A stretch of DNA of 32,000 bases from Breznakia blatticola (GTDB taxonomy: Bacteria > Bacillota_I > Bacilli_A > Erysipelotrichales > Erysipelotrichaceae), in NCBI RefSeq assembly GCF_004365815.1, contig NZ_SODD01000002.1, positions 90,001 through 122,000 of the forward strand, given 5' to 3'. The translations under genes were made by a program, and so were the position numbers. Positions 8,801 through 16,579 of the stretch are shown in pieces. Position 1 is the first letter of the stretch, and the number at the start of each line of letters is the position of its first letter. Below the pieces are notes generated by a model. The model was not told the origin of the DNA and ran no database searches. It saw only the letters and a program-made list of their open reading frames with translations.

Positions 8801-9521
8801 AGAATAATGGTTTCCCATCGGATATGTTAATATCAAGTTCTTTAGCATACGTTGTTTGTTTAAATGGATTTACTTTTTCAATGATGCCATCACGTAGAAA
8901 TTGTGAACCCGTGTTTTTAAACCAAAAGGTTTTATTTGCTTGCTTACATTGTTCGTGCAAGTCTAATACCCACTGATAGTCGCAAACACGTGCTTCCCGG
9001 CTTGTTTCACCGCCAACCGAAACATGATCAATTGCATGTATGTAGTTTGTTAAATCAATAGGACCGAGCAATGGTGCGCATGCAACAAAGCGTCGTTTTA
9101 TCGGATATGAAATAAATAGAGGTAAGCGTTGATCTGCCATTTCTTGGTTTTCAACTGTACAACCAATATTGACATTATCATAACCGTCTCCCCAATCTTC
9201 AGGTAGCGATTCATAAAAACGATCAATTCGTTTTGTGAGTATTAGAAAATCGATATCTTGGCGTTCTTTGATCATCGCCCAAACTTCTTTTCGCATTTCA
9301 TCCGCTTCTGGCAAGAAAAAATCAGTCGCAAAACAAGTAGCGAGTATTTTATCTCCCTTGATATTGTATTCGCCATTTTTCTTTTTGCGAATTGGCCAAT
9401 CAAATTTATCGGTTTTTGTTATTTCATTTTGACCATAACGTTTCGCGTGTGGTCCGTAAAAATAACAGTTTTTGCATCCATCACTTAATGGATAACATCC
9501 AGTCCATGGTTCCCAGTTCAT
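8799..9521 (-). CDS. DUF5131 (phage Gp37/Gp68-like) family protein with an N-terminal three-Cys motif; function unknown
   Basis: Start moved to ATG 9521 (MNWEPWTGC), preceded by AAAGGAGA. The N-terminus W-x-PWTGC-x6-C-x2-CY, then CAPLLGPIDL, VSVGGETS and WVLDLHEQC...FWFKNTG match my recollection of the Pfam PF07505 pattern. Confidence 0.75.
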   Translation of the reverse strand: MNWEPWTGCYPLSDGCKNCYFYGPHAKRYGQNEITKTDKFDWPIRKKKNGEYNIKGDKILATCFATDFFLPEADEMRKEVWAMIKERQDIDFLILTKRIDRFYESLPEDWGDGYDNVNIGCTVENQEMADQRLPLFISYPIKRRFVACAPLLGPIDLTNYIHAIDHVSVGGETSREARVCDYQWVLDLHEQCKQANKTFWFKNTGSQFLRDGIIEKVNPFKQTTYAKELDINISDGKPLF

Positions 9522-9552
9522 TGTATCTCCTTTATTGTTATACATTTATTAT

Positions 9553-9590
9553 ATGCGTATTCATTCACTATATACAAGTATGAATCGCAT
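9553..9590. promoter_or_regulatory. Inverted repeat in the divergent DUF5131/EamA promoter region
   Basis: ATGCG(T)ATTCAT (9553-9564) and ATGAATCGCAT (9580-9590) form 11-bp arms with one extra T. The repeat ends 4 nt before TATAAT at 9595-9600. Confidence 0.4.
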
Positions 9591-9634
9591 GAAGTATAAT
9601 ATCTCTATTGTTTTACAAAAATGTGGGGGATTAT

Positions 9635-10525
9635 ATGAAAAAGCAAGATCAAGTATTCGGTCATATCTTAGCTATGATAACTATTATTATTTGGGGAACT
9701 ACCTATGTTTCAACAAAAGTACTTTTAGCGTATTTTTCTCCTGTCGAAATTTTGTTTATTCGTTTTGTGATTGCGTTCATTTTACTTTATTTGATGTATC
9801 CAAAACCAATCAAGATGGAAGCAAAGCATCAATTGCTTTTTGTAGGAGCAGGAATTAGTGGGATTACACTGTACTATTTACTTGAAAACATTGCACTAAC
9901 TATGACAAGTGCTTCTAATGTTGGCATTATTATTACAATTGCACCATTTTTCACAAGTATTCTTGCCACTATATTTCTTAAAACAGAAAAGCCAAAAATT
10001 CAGTTTTATATCGGTTTTGTTGCGGCAATGATTGGTGTAATACTTATTAGTTTGCCTGGTGATCAAAGTATTTCATTGAATCCAGTAGGAGATTTTCTAG
10101 CCTTACTTGCTGCATTAGCGTGGGCAGTTTATTCCATATGTATTCGTAAAATTAGTGATTTGGGGTTTCCGACTATACAAATGACACGTCATATATTTAT
10201 GTATGGATTACTATTTATGATGCCGTTTTTATTTTTTATGGATTTTCATATTCAGCTTGAAGACTTTCAGTCTGTACCTGTAATTGCAAATCTACTATTT
10301 TTGAGTGTTGGGGCTTCTGCGATTTGTTTTGTGACATGGAATCAAGCAGTACGAATTCTTGGTGCTTTAAAAAGTAGTGTGTATATCTATGTAGTTCCGG
10401 TGGTAACACTTGTTTCTTCAGTTATCATTCTTGATGAGAAATTAACACCAGTTTTACTTATTGGAGCAGGTTTAACCTTACTTGGATTATGGCTATCAGA
10501 AAGCAATCGCTTTATAAAGAAATAG
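9635..10525 (+). CDS. EamA/DMT-superfamily transporter
   Basis: Start moved to ATG 9635 (GGGGGA 5 nt upstream). About 10 TM helices in two EamA-like halves, with a typical small-metabolite exporter architecture. Confidence 0.8.
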   Translation: MKKQDQVFGHILAMITIIIWGTTYVSTKVLLAYFSPVEILFIRFVIAFILLYLMYPKPIKMEAKHQLLFVGAGISGITLYYLLENIALTMTSASNVGIIITIAPFFTSILATIFLKTEKPKIQFYIGFVAAMIGVILISLPGDQSISLNPVGDFLALLAALAWAVYSICIRKISDLGFPTIQMTRHIFMYGLLFMMPFLFFMDFHIQLEDFQSVPVIANLLFLSVGASAICFVTWNQAVRILGALKSSVYIYVVPVVTLVSSVIILDEKLTPVLLIGAGLTLLGLWLSESNRFIKK

Positions 10526-10549
10526 TGTGCGAATTATGCGATGTACATA

Positions 10550-10578
10550 TTGTTTCATGTAGTATAAAGAAGTATAAT
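10550..10578 (+). promoter_or_regulatory. Candidate sigma-A promoter of the MATE gene
   Basis: TTGTTT (10550-10555), a 17-nt spacer, then TATAAT (10573-10578). The -10 context GAAGTATAAT is identical to that upstream of the EamA gene (9591-9600). Confidence 0.5.
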
Positions 10579-10609
10579 GGGGAAAGATTTTTATTGGGGG
10601 GGAAAGCTT

Positions 10610-11962
10610 ATGAGTGGACGAAGTGATATGACTACTGGAAAGCCAATGCGTATAATTGTGGCTTTCACCATGCCGATATTTTTAGGTGGATTATTTCAAC
10701 AGTTTTATAATTTAGCAGATACGTTAATCGTTGGTCAATTTGTTGGTCATGAAGCATTAGCGGCAGTGGGATCTTGTGGAACGCTTGTGTTTTTAATCAT
10801 TGGTTTTTTGATGGGACTAACAAGTGGGTTTGGGGTCGTGGTTGCCAACTTCTTTGGTGCAAAAAATCATGAAGAAATCAAAAAGTCTTTTGCTATGGCA
10901 TGTATTATTTCTATTGTCGTTTCTGTTATCCTAACATTTGTAAGTATCTATTCTCTTGATGGAATATTAGAACTTATGAATACACCACAAGATATGTATC
11001 AAGATGCGTATGGATATATGTATATCATTTGCTTAGGGATTGTGTGGCAAGTGCTCTATAATTTACTAGCTGGATTATTGCGTGCAATTGGTGATAGTAA
11101 ACGTCCATTATACTTTCTTGTGTTAGCTGCAGCTTTAAATGTCATTTTAGATTTAGTGTTTATTATTATATTTAAAATGCGAGCAGATGGGGCAGCACTA
11201 GCAACTGTAATTTCACAAGGTGTGTCTGGACTTTTATGTTTGTATTACATACTTAAGAAAGTGCCAGAGTTTCATACACGTAAGAAGCATTGGCAATTAA
11301 ATGGATATTTGATTCGTCGTGAACTTGCAATTGGATTACCCATGGCATTACAGTTTTCAATTACTGCAATTGGAACCATCGTTGTACAAAGTGCACTAAA
11401 TACACTTGGAAGCATTCCTGCTGCAGGTTTTGCAGCTGCAGTTAAAATTGAACAAGTTGCAACACAGATGTTAGCATCTATAGGAACAACGATGGCAACG
11501 TATTGTGCACAAAACATGGGAGCAAGTCGTTTGGATCGAATCAAAGAAGGATTCAAAGCAGCAAATATCTTTGGAATTACATATTCCGTTGTTATTGGAA
11601 TCGTTGTTATCTTTTTTGGTAAGTATGTAACGTATTTATTTGTAAGTAATCATGTGGATCGAATTATTGGTTATGTTGATACATATATGCTGTATGTAGG
11701 ATTAACTTTTGTGCCATTACATATTATCTTATCGTATCGTAGTGGAATTCAAGGAATGGGATTTGGTTTTCTACCGATGTTTGCAGGTGTCGTTGAACTA
11801 CTTGCACGAATTGTTGTAGGGTTTATTGGTGCTGGTATGAAAAGCTATGATGTGATTTGTTTAGCAAGTCCAGCGGCATGGATTACTGCTGCTTTATTTC
11901 TGTTAATCATTTATCGTTACATTATGAATCGTTATTCTAAAAACAATAATCAATGGGTATAA
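10610..11962 (+). CDS. MATE-family efflux transporter
   Basis: Start moved to ATG 10610 (GGGGGGGAAAG upstream). About 12 TM. The N-terminal PMRIIVAFTMPIFLGGLFQQFYNLADTLIVGQF and mid-protein RAIGDSKRPLYF are typical of MATE (NorM/DinF-like) proteins. Confidence 0.85.
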   Translation: MSGRSDMTTGKPMRIIVAFTMPIFLGGLFQQFYNLADTLIVGQFVGHEALAAVGSCGTLVFLIIGFLMGLTSGFGVVVANFFGAKNHEEIKKSFAMACIISIVVSVILTFVSIYSLDGILELMNTPQDMYQDAYGYMYIICLGIVWQVLYNLLAGLLRAIGDSKRPLYFLVLAAALNVILDLVFIIIFKMRADGAALATVISQGVSGLLCLYYILKKVPEFHTRKKHWQLNGYLIRRELAIGLPMALQFSITAIGTIVVQSALNTLGSIPAAGFAAAVKIEQVATQMLASIGTTMATYCAQNMGASRLDRIKEGFKAANIFGITYSVVIGIVVIFFGKYVTYLFVSNHVDRIIGYVDTYMLYVGLTFVPLHIILSYRSGIQGMGFGFLPMFAGVVELLARIVVGFIGAGMKSYDVICLASPAAWITAALFLLIIYRYIMNRYSKNNNQWV

Positions 11963-11963
11963 G

Positions 11964-11999
11964 AAAAGGGTGAACTTCATATCGGAGTTCATCCTTTTT
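11964..11999. terminator. Bidirectional terminator between MATE (+) and lacR (-)
   Basis: GGGTGAACT-tcatatcgg-AGTTCATCC (one G-U pair), flanked by AAAA and TTTTT. Confidence 0.75.
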
Positions 12000-12765
12000 A
12001 AAACTTTGTACTTGCGATAATAATGTCAGTATATTGTTGGTAGTGTTCTTGCGTATCTTTGCTTAGATTTTGATCGGTGATAATTGCATCAAAATCATGT
12101 AAATCATAGTATACATAAAAATCCTCACGATTAAACTTTTTATAGTCTGCAAGTAAATATCGATTGCGAGAATTGCTTAAAGCAATTGCCTGAACTTCAC
12201 CTTCTTCAAGTGAGTATGTTGTAATTTGACTATTGAAAATACCATTACAACCAATAAAAGCTTTTGTATATTTCAATTTAAGTAAAATGGAATTTGCAAT
12301 AGGACCGACAAAGGCTCCCGTATGACTACGATATTCACCACCTGTAAGAATTACTTCTGTTGGTTTGTGATTAATGAGCGTTTCAAATACAGGGTAACTG
12401 TTTGTAACTACGCGAATGTTTCTACCGCGAATTCGGTTTGCCAACATTTCAATCGTTGTTCCTGGTCCTAAGAAAATAGTCTCTCCTTCTTTTATAAGGG
12501 AACTCGCATGTTTTACGATTTGCTGTTTTTCTATAGATTGAACAGTTGCTTTTTCAACGTGTGACAATTCATGGTCTAATGAAAAGGTTAAACTCTGCGC
12601 ACCACCATGTATACGTAGAAGTTTCCCGGATTTCTCAAGTTCATCTAAGTCACGTCGCACAGTCATATCTGATACATCAAGTGCATTGATAATATCATTT
12701 ACAGTTACAATTCCAAATTCGTTTACCATGTTGCATATTTTTAATAAACGTTCTCTTTTTAACAT
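11998..12765 (-). CDS. lacR: DeoR-family transcriptional regulator (LacR-type sugar-phosphate repressor)
   Basis: 255 aa with an N-terminal wHTH (VNDIINALDVSDMTVRRDLDELEKSGKLLRIHGGA) and a DeoR C-terminal sensor domain. It is divergent from the PTS-lac operon. Confidence 0.85.
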   Translation of the reverse strand: MLKRERLLKICNMVNEFGIVTVNDIINALDVSDMTVRRDLDELEKSGKLLRIHGGAQSLTFSLDHELSHVEKATVQSIEKQQIVKHASSLIKEGETIFLGPGTTIEMLANRIRGRNIRVVTNSYPVFETLINHKPTEVILTGGEYRSHTGAFVGPIANSILLKLKYTKAFIGCNGIFNSQITTYSLEEGEVQAIALSNSRNRYLLADYKKFNREDFYVYYDLHDFDAIITDQNLSKDTQEHYQQYTDIIIASTKF

Positions 12766-12802
12766 GTTCTATCTCCTATATTTATAGTTTCTATCTACTT
12801 TG

Positions 12803-12831
12803 AATATACACCCTGATATACTCATAGTCAA
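12803..12831 (-). promoter_or_regulatory. Candidate sigma-A promoter of lacR
   Basis: On the minus strand: TTGACT (complement of 12826-12831), a 17-nt spacer, then TATATT (complement of 12803-12808). Confidence 0.55.
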
Positions 12832-12933
12832 CAAGAAACAAACAAAAACAAACAATTATTATAGTTCTGTGTCGAAAATCAAACAAATATTGAAATTAAT
12901 GCGTTTTTATTTGATTAAAAATGTTTGGAAGTG

Positions 12934-12962
12934 TTGACTCATTTTTTGTGAGCGTTTACAAT
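12934..12962 (+). promoter_or_regulatory. Sigma-A promoter of lacF-lacE-lacG-HAD-GH53
   Basis: TTGACT (12934-12939), a 17-nt spacer, then TACAAT (12957-12962). Confidence 0.7.
12947..12960 (+). promoter_or_regulatory. cre-like / LacI-family operator overlapping the -10 of the lacF promoter
   Basis: TGTGAGCGTTTACA has one mismatch to cre TGWAANCGNTNWCA. Its right half CGTTTAC is identical to the galR operator half-site at 19633-19639. Confidence 0.6.
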
Positions 12963-13125
12963 TTGAATATACAAGGAATTCAAACTTTTGCTTCATAGGG
13001 GAAGTATATATGAGATTGATACGTGTTGGCTCTTATGCATATGAATCTTATATATATGAAAGAGCTTCTATTGTTTGAAACGAATTACCGATGTATCAAA
13101 ATTTAAAAGTAAGGAGAAATAATCG

Positions 13126-13446
13126 ATGGAAAAAAGCGAATTGATTATGGTAGGTTTTGAAATCGTAGCCTACGCAGGAGATGCAAGAAGTTCACTTCTT
13201 GAATTATTAAAAGAAGTAAGAAAAGGAAATTTTGAAAATGTGGATGCACGATTACAGGAAGCTGATGAAAATCTTAATCTTGCACATCAAGCACAAACAA
13301 AGATTTTAGCTGAGGAAGCAGCTGGTCAAGAAATGGAACTTGGATTTATTTTTATTCACTCACAAGACCATTTAATGACTACGATTTTACTAAGAGATAT
13401 CGTTACTGATTTTATTGAACTTTACAAACAAAAGGAGGAGAAATAA
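13126..13446 (+). CDS. lacF: PTS lactose/cellobiose-family EIIA
   Basis: 106 aa, RBS AAGGAGA. The conserved IHSQDHLM segment carries the phospho-His. It sits immediately upstream of the IICB gene. Confidence 0.85.
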   Translation: MEKSELIMVGFEIVAYAGDARSSLLELLKEVRKGNFENVDARLQEADENLNLAHQAQTKILAEEAAGQEMELGFIFIHSQDHLMTTILLRDIVTDFIELYKQKEEK

Positions 13447-13448
13447 AT

Positions 13449-15107
13449 ATGGGGGGAATTATTCGCCAAATTGAAAAAGCAAAACCGTTTTTTGATAAAT
13501 TAGCACAAAACATTTATTTAGGGGCAATTAGAGATGGATTTTTAACAGCAATGCCTGCAATTCTATTCTCTAGTGTATTCATTCTAGCAGCAGCAATTCC
13601 TGAAATTTTCGGATTTGCATGGCCAGAGGAAGTATCTACTTGGTTATGGAAAGTATATGGATATACGATGGGAGTTGTTGGGTTGCTTGTAACTGCAACA
13701 ACAGCACGTTGTTTAGCAGAATCAATGAACCGTAAAATGCCACAAAACAAAAAGATCAATCCAGTATCCGTTATGTTGGCAAGTATTTGTGGATTCTTAT
13801 TCCTAAGTGTTGCGCAAGTTGATGGAAACTTCTCAACTGCGTTCATGGGAACAAAAGGTTTAATTGCAAGTTTTATCGCAGCATTTATTACATGTTGGGT
13901 ATATCGTTTCTGTGTTAAGAAAGACATTACGATTCGTATGCCTAAAGAAGTTCCAGGAACAATATCACAAATGTTTAGAGATATTTTCCCATTCTCATTT
14001 GCAGTACTTATTTGTGTGATTATTGATGTTGTTACTACATATACAGTAGGAACGACATTTGCTGAAGCAGTCATTACATTATTACAACCATTATTTAGTG
14101 CTGCTGATGGATATTTAGGGATTTGTATTATTTGGGGAGCTATGGCAATGTTCTGGTTTGTTGGAGTACATGGACCATCAATTGTTGAACCTGCAATTGC
14201 CGCAATTATTTATGCAAATGTAGAAACAAACTTACAGTTATTCAAAGCAGGTGAACATGCATCAAATGTACTTACAGTTGGGTTAGGAAACTTTGTTGGT
14301 ACGATGGGTGGTACAGGAGCTACATTAGTTGTTCCATTCTTATTCATGTTATTTGCAAGATCAAAACAATTAAAAGCAGTTGGTAAAGCATCATTTGTGC
14401 CTGTATGTTTTGCAGTAAATGAGCCATTGCTATTTGCTACACCGATTGTATTGAACCCATACTTCTTTGTGCCATTTTTATTAGCACCAATGGTAAATGT
14501 TAGTATCTTCAAGTTCTTTGTAGATGTCTTGAATATGGATTCATTTATGTACGTACTTCCATGGGCAACGCCAGCACCAGTTGGGTTGATCCTTGGAACC
14601 GGAGTTAGTATTTTAGCAGTTGTATTAGCAGTTGTTCTTATTGTTGTGGATTCAATAATATATTTACCATTTATTAAAGCATATGATGATAGTTTACTAA
14701 TCGAAGAAGCGCAAAAGGCAAAAGAACTTGAAACGATGGATGCACAAGAGACAACAGTTACAGTAGAAAAAGTACGTAAAGAACTTACAGATAATGTAAA
14801 TGTACTTGTACTTTGCGTTGGTGCAGGAACAAGTGCAATGTTTGCAAATGCAATTGAAGAAGGTGCAAAAGAATCTGGAACACCAATGACTGCACAAGCT
14901 GGAGCGTATGGGTCACATTATGACATTCTTAAAAACTTCGATGTTGTGGTTTTATCACCACAAGTTCAATCGCACTTAGATGAAGTCAAAGATGCAGCAA
15001 AAGATTTAGGTATTAAAGTTGTAGCAACAAAAGGTGCACAGTATATCGCATTAACAAAAGATCCAAAAGGAGCTGTGAACTTTATTTTGGATGTATTAGA
15101 AAAATAA
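13449..15107 (+). CDS. lacE: PTS lactose/cellobiose-family EIICB permease
   Basis: 552 aa. The N-terminal multi-TM IIC domain is followed by a C-terminal IIB domain with the phospho-Cys motif VLVLCVGAGTSAMFAN. RBS AGGAGGAG lies inside the end of lacF. Confidence 0.9.
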   Translation: MGGIIRQIEKAKPFFDKLAQNIYLGAIRDGFLTAMPAILFSSVFILAAAIPEIFGFAWPEEVSTWLWKVYGYTMGVVGLLVTATTARCLAESMNRKMPQNKKINPVSVMLASICGFLFLSVAQVDGNFSTAFMGTKGLIASFIAAFITCWVYRFCVKKDITIRMPKEVPGTISQMFRDIFPFSFAVLICVIIDVVTTYTVGTTFAEAVITLLQPLFSAADGYLGICIIWGAMAMFWFVGVHGPSIVEPAIAAIIYANVETNLQLFKAGEHASNVLTVGLGNFVGTMGGTGATLVVPFLFMLFARSKQLKAVGKASFVPVCFAVNEPLLFATPIVLNPYFFVPFLLAPMVNVSIFKFFVDVLNMDSFMYVLPWATPAPVGLILGTGVSILAVVLAVVLIVVDSIIYLPFIKAYDDSLLIEEAQKAKELETMDAQETTVTVEKVRKELTDNVNVLVLCVGAGTSAMFANAIEEGAKESGTPMTAQAGAYGSHYDILKNFDVVVLSPQVQSHLDEVKDAAKDLGIKVVATKGAQYIALTKDPKGAVNFILDVLEK

Positions 15108-15120
15108 AAATAATGAATAC

Positions 15121-15146
15121 GGAAAGTAACTTAACTGTTACTTTCC
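15121..15146 (+). other. Perfect intercistronic stem-loop between lacE and lacG
   Basis: GGAAAGTAAC-ttaact-GTTACTTTCC forms a 10-bp perfect stem. No U-run follows (AAATATAGG). Confidence 0.7.
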
Positions 15147-15175
15147 AAATATAGGTTTGAAATTTGGAGGTAAAC

Positions 15176-16579
15176 ATGAAATTCGCAGAAGATTTTATTT
15201 TTGGTGGAGCGACTGCAGCATATCAATGTGAAGGAAGCACACGAGCATATGGAAAAGGGGCTGTGTCTTGGGATGAGTTTTTAGAAGAAAAAGGACGATT
15301 CCAAGCAAATCCAGCAAGTGATTTCTATCATCAATATCCAGTTGATTTGAAGTTGTGCAAAATGTTTGGAGTTAATGGAATTCGTATTTCTATTTCTTGG
15401 GCAAGAATCTTTCCAGATGGAACTGGCGCTATCAATCAACAAGGTATTGATTACTATCATGATGTGTTTAAGGAATGTCGCAAGAACGGGGTTGAACCAT
15501 TTGTTACATTACATCATTTTGATACACCTATCGGATTGTACAAAAACGGAGATTTCTTAAGTAATGATACCATTGATGCATTTGTGAAATATGCAGCATT
15601 CTGCTTTGAAGAATACAAAGATGAAGTCACATATTGGTTTACTTTCAATGAAATATGGGCAGTTGCAACAAATCAATATATTGAAGGGACGTTTCCATAT
15701 GGAGAAAAATACAATGTAACCAAAGCATTTCAAGCCATGCATAATATGATGCTAGCGCATGCAAAAGCAGTCTTGGTGTATAAAGAAAAAAACTATGAAG
15801 GAAAAATCGGTGTTGTACAATCACTTGAGTATAAATATCCGTTTAATGAGTTGAAAATTGAAGATATTCAAGCAGCCAAAAATGAAGATGTGTTGCAAAA
15901 TCAATTTTTACTTGATGCTACATTCTTAGGGGAATACAGTTGTGAGACATTAGAAATTGCAAATAAATTAGCATCTTTACAAGGTGGGAAGATTATCATT
16001 CGTGATGAAGATTTAGAAGTGATGCGTAAAGCAGCAAAGGTAAATGACTATCTTGGAATGAACTATTATCAAAGTCGTTTCATTCAAGCGTATGATGGAG
16101 AAAACGATATTTTCCATAATGGAACTGGTGAGAAAGGTACCTCTCGATTCCGTTTGCAAGGCGTTGGGGAACGTATGGAAAAAGATGGAATTGATCGTAC
16201 GGATTGGGATTGGTTAATCCATCCTGAAAGTATGTTTGATATGTTACTTCGAATTAAGTTACAGTATCCAAACTATAAAGAAATCTATATCACAGAAAAC
16301 GGTATGGGTTACAAAGATGATTTTGAAGATGGGATTATTGATGATACACCAAGAATTGACTATGTAAGAAGACACTTATATTACTTGCTTAAAGCAGTAG
16401 AATCAGGAGTAAATGTAAAAGGATATTTTATCTGGTCGTTAATGGATATGTTCTCATGGACAAATGGATACAATAAGCGTTATGGTCTATTCTACATTGA
16501 CTATGAAAGTCAAAAACGTTATCCAAAAGCATCTGCATATTGGTATAAACGTATCTCACAAACAAAGGAGTTAGAATGA
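15176..16579 (+). CDS. lacG: 6-phospho-beta-galactosidase (GH1)
   Basis: Start moved to ATG 15176 (GGAGG 5 nt upstream), giving 467 aa. The GH1 catalytic motifs TFNEI (acid/base) and ITENG (nucleophile) are present. LacG-type features include GEKGTSRFRLQGVGER and DMFSWTNGYNKRYGLFY. It is colinear with S. aureus/L. lactis LacG as recalled. Confidence 0.88.
   Translation: MKFAEDFIFGGATAAYQCEGSTRAYGKGAVSWDEFLEEKGRFQANPASDFYHQYPVDLKLCKMFGVNGIRISISWARIFPDGTGAINQQGIDYYHDVFKECRKNGVEPFVTLHHFDTPIGLYKNGDFLSNDTIDAFVKYAAFCFEEYKDEVTYWFTFNEIWAVATNQYIEGTFPYGEKYNVTKAFQAMHNMMLAHAKAVLVYKEKNYEGKIGVVQSLEYKYPFNELKIEDIQAAKNEDVLQNQFLLDATFLGEYSCETLEIANKLASLQGGKIIIRDEDLEVMRKAAKVNDYLGMNYYQSRFIQAYDGENDIFHNGTGEKGTSRFRLQGVGERMEKDGIDRTDWDWLIHPESMFDMLLRIKLQYPNYKEIYITENGMGYKDDFEDGIIDDTPRIDYVRRHLYYLLKAVESGVNVKGYFIWSLMDMFSWTNGYNKRYGLFYIDYESQKRYPKASAYWYKRISQTKELE

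Noticed and set aside
8799-9590. Prophage remnant or mobile island around the Gp37/Gp68-like gene
   Set aside because: There is no integrase, recombinase, att-like direct repeat, tRNA or other phage gene. The flanking genes are ordinary metabolic and transport genes with normal terminators.
9535-9858. 107-aa plus-strand ORF spanning the DUF5131/EamA intergenic region into the EamA gene
   Set aside because: It is in a different frame from the EamA protein and has low-complexity Y/S/F composition. It starts inside the DUF5131 5' region without an RBS.
12835-12855. (AAACA)n-like tract as a microsatellite or phase-variation element
   Set aside because: The tract is short and imperfect, intergenic, and not within a reading frame or a promoter spacer. 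It is kept only as a possible operator component.
12963-13125. RAT/terminator antitermination element (BglG/LicT type) in the PTS operon leader
   Set aside because: There is no match to the RAT consensus, no U-tract terminator and no PRD-antiterminator gene in the locus. Regulation here is by a DeoR repressor.
13514-14074. 186-aa minus-strand ORF inside lacE, plus similar antisense or alternate-frame ORFs (125-397, 909-1139, 1315-1527, 8053-8328, 8271-8705, 11272-11556, 14210-14512, 17536-17877, 21349-21675, 29298-29639, 30211-30706, 30908-31204)
   Set aside because: All lie fully within strongly supported genes on the other strand or in another frame. They lack RBSs and have skewed composition (Cys/His/Leu-rich or Ala/Ser/Thr-rich) typical of frame shadows in AT-rich coding DNA.
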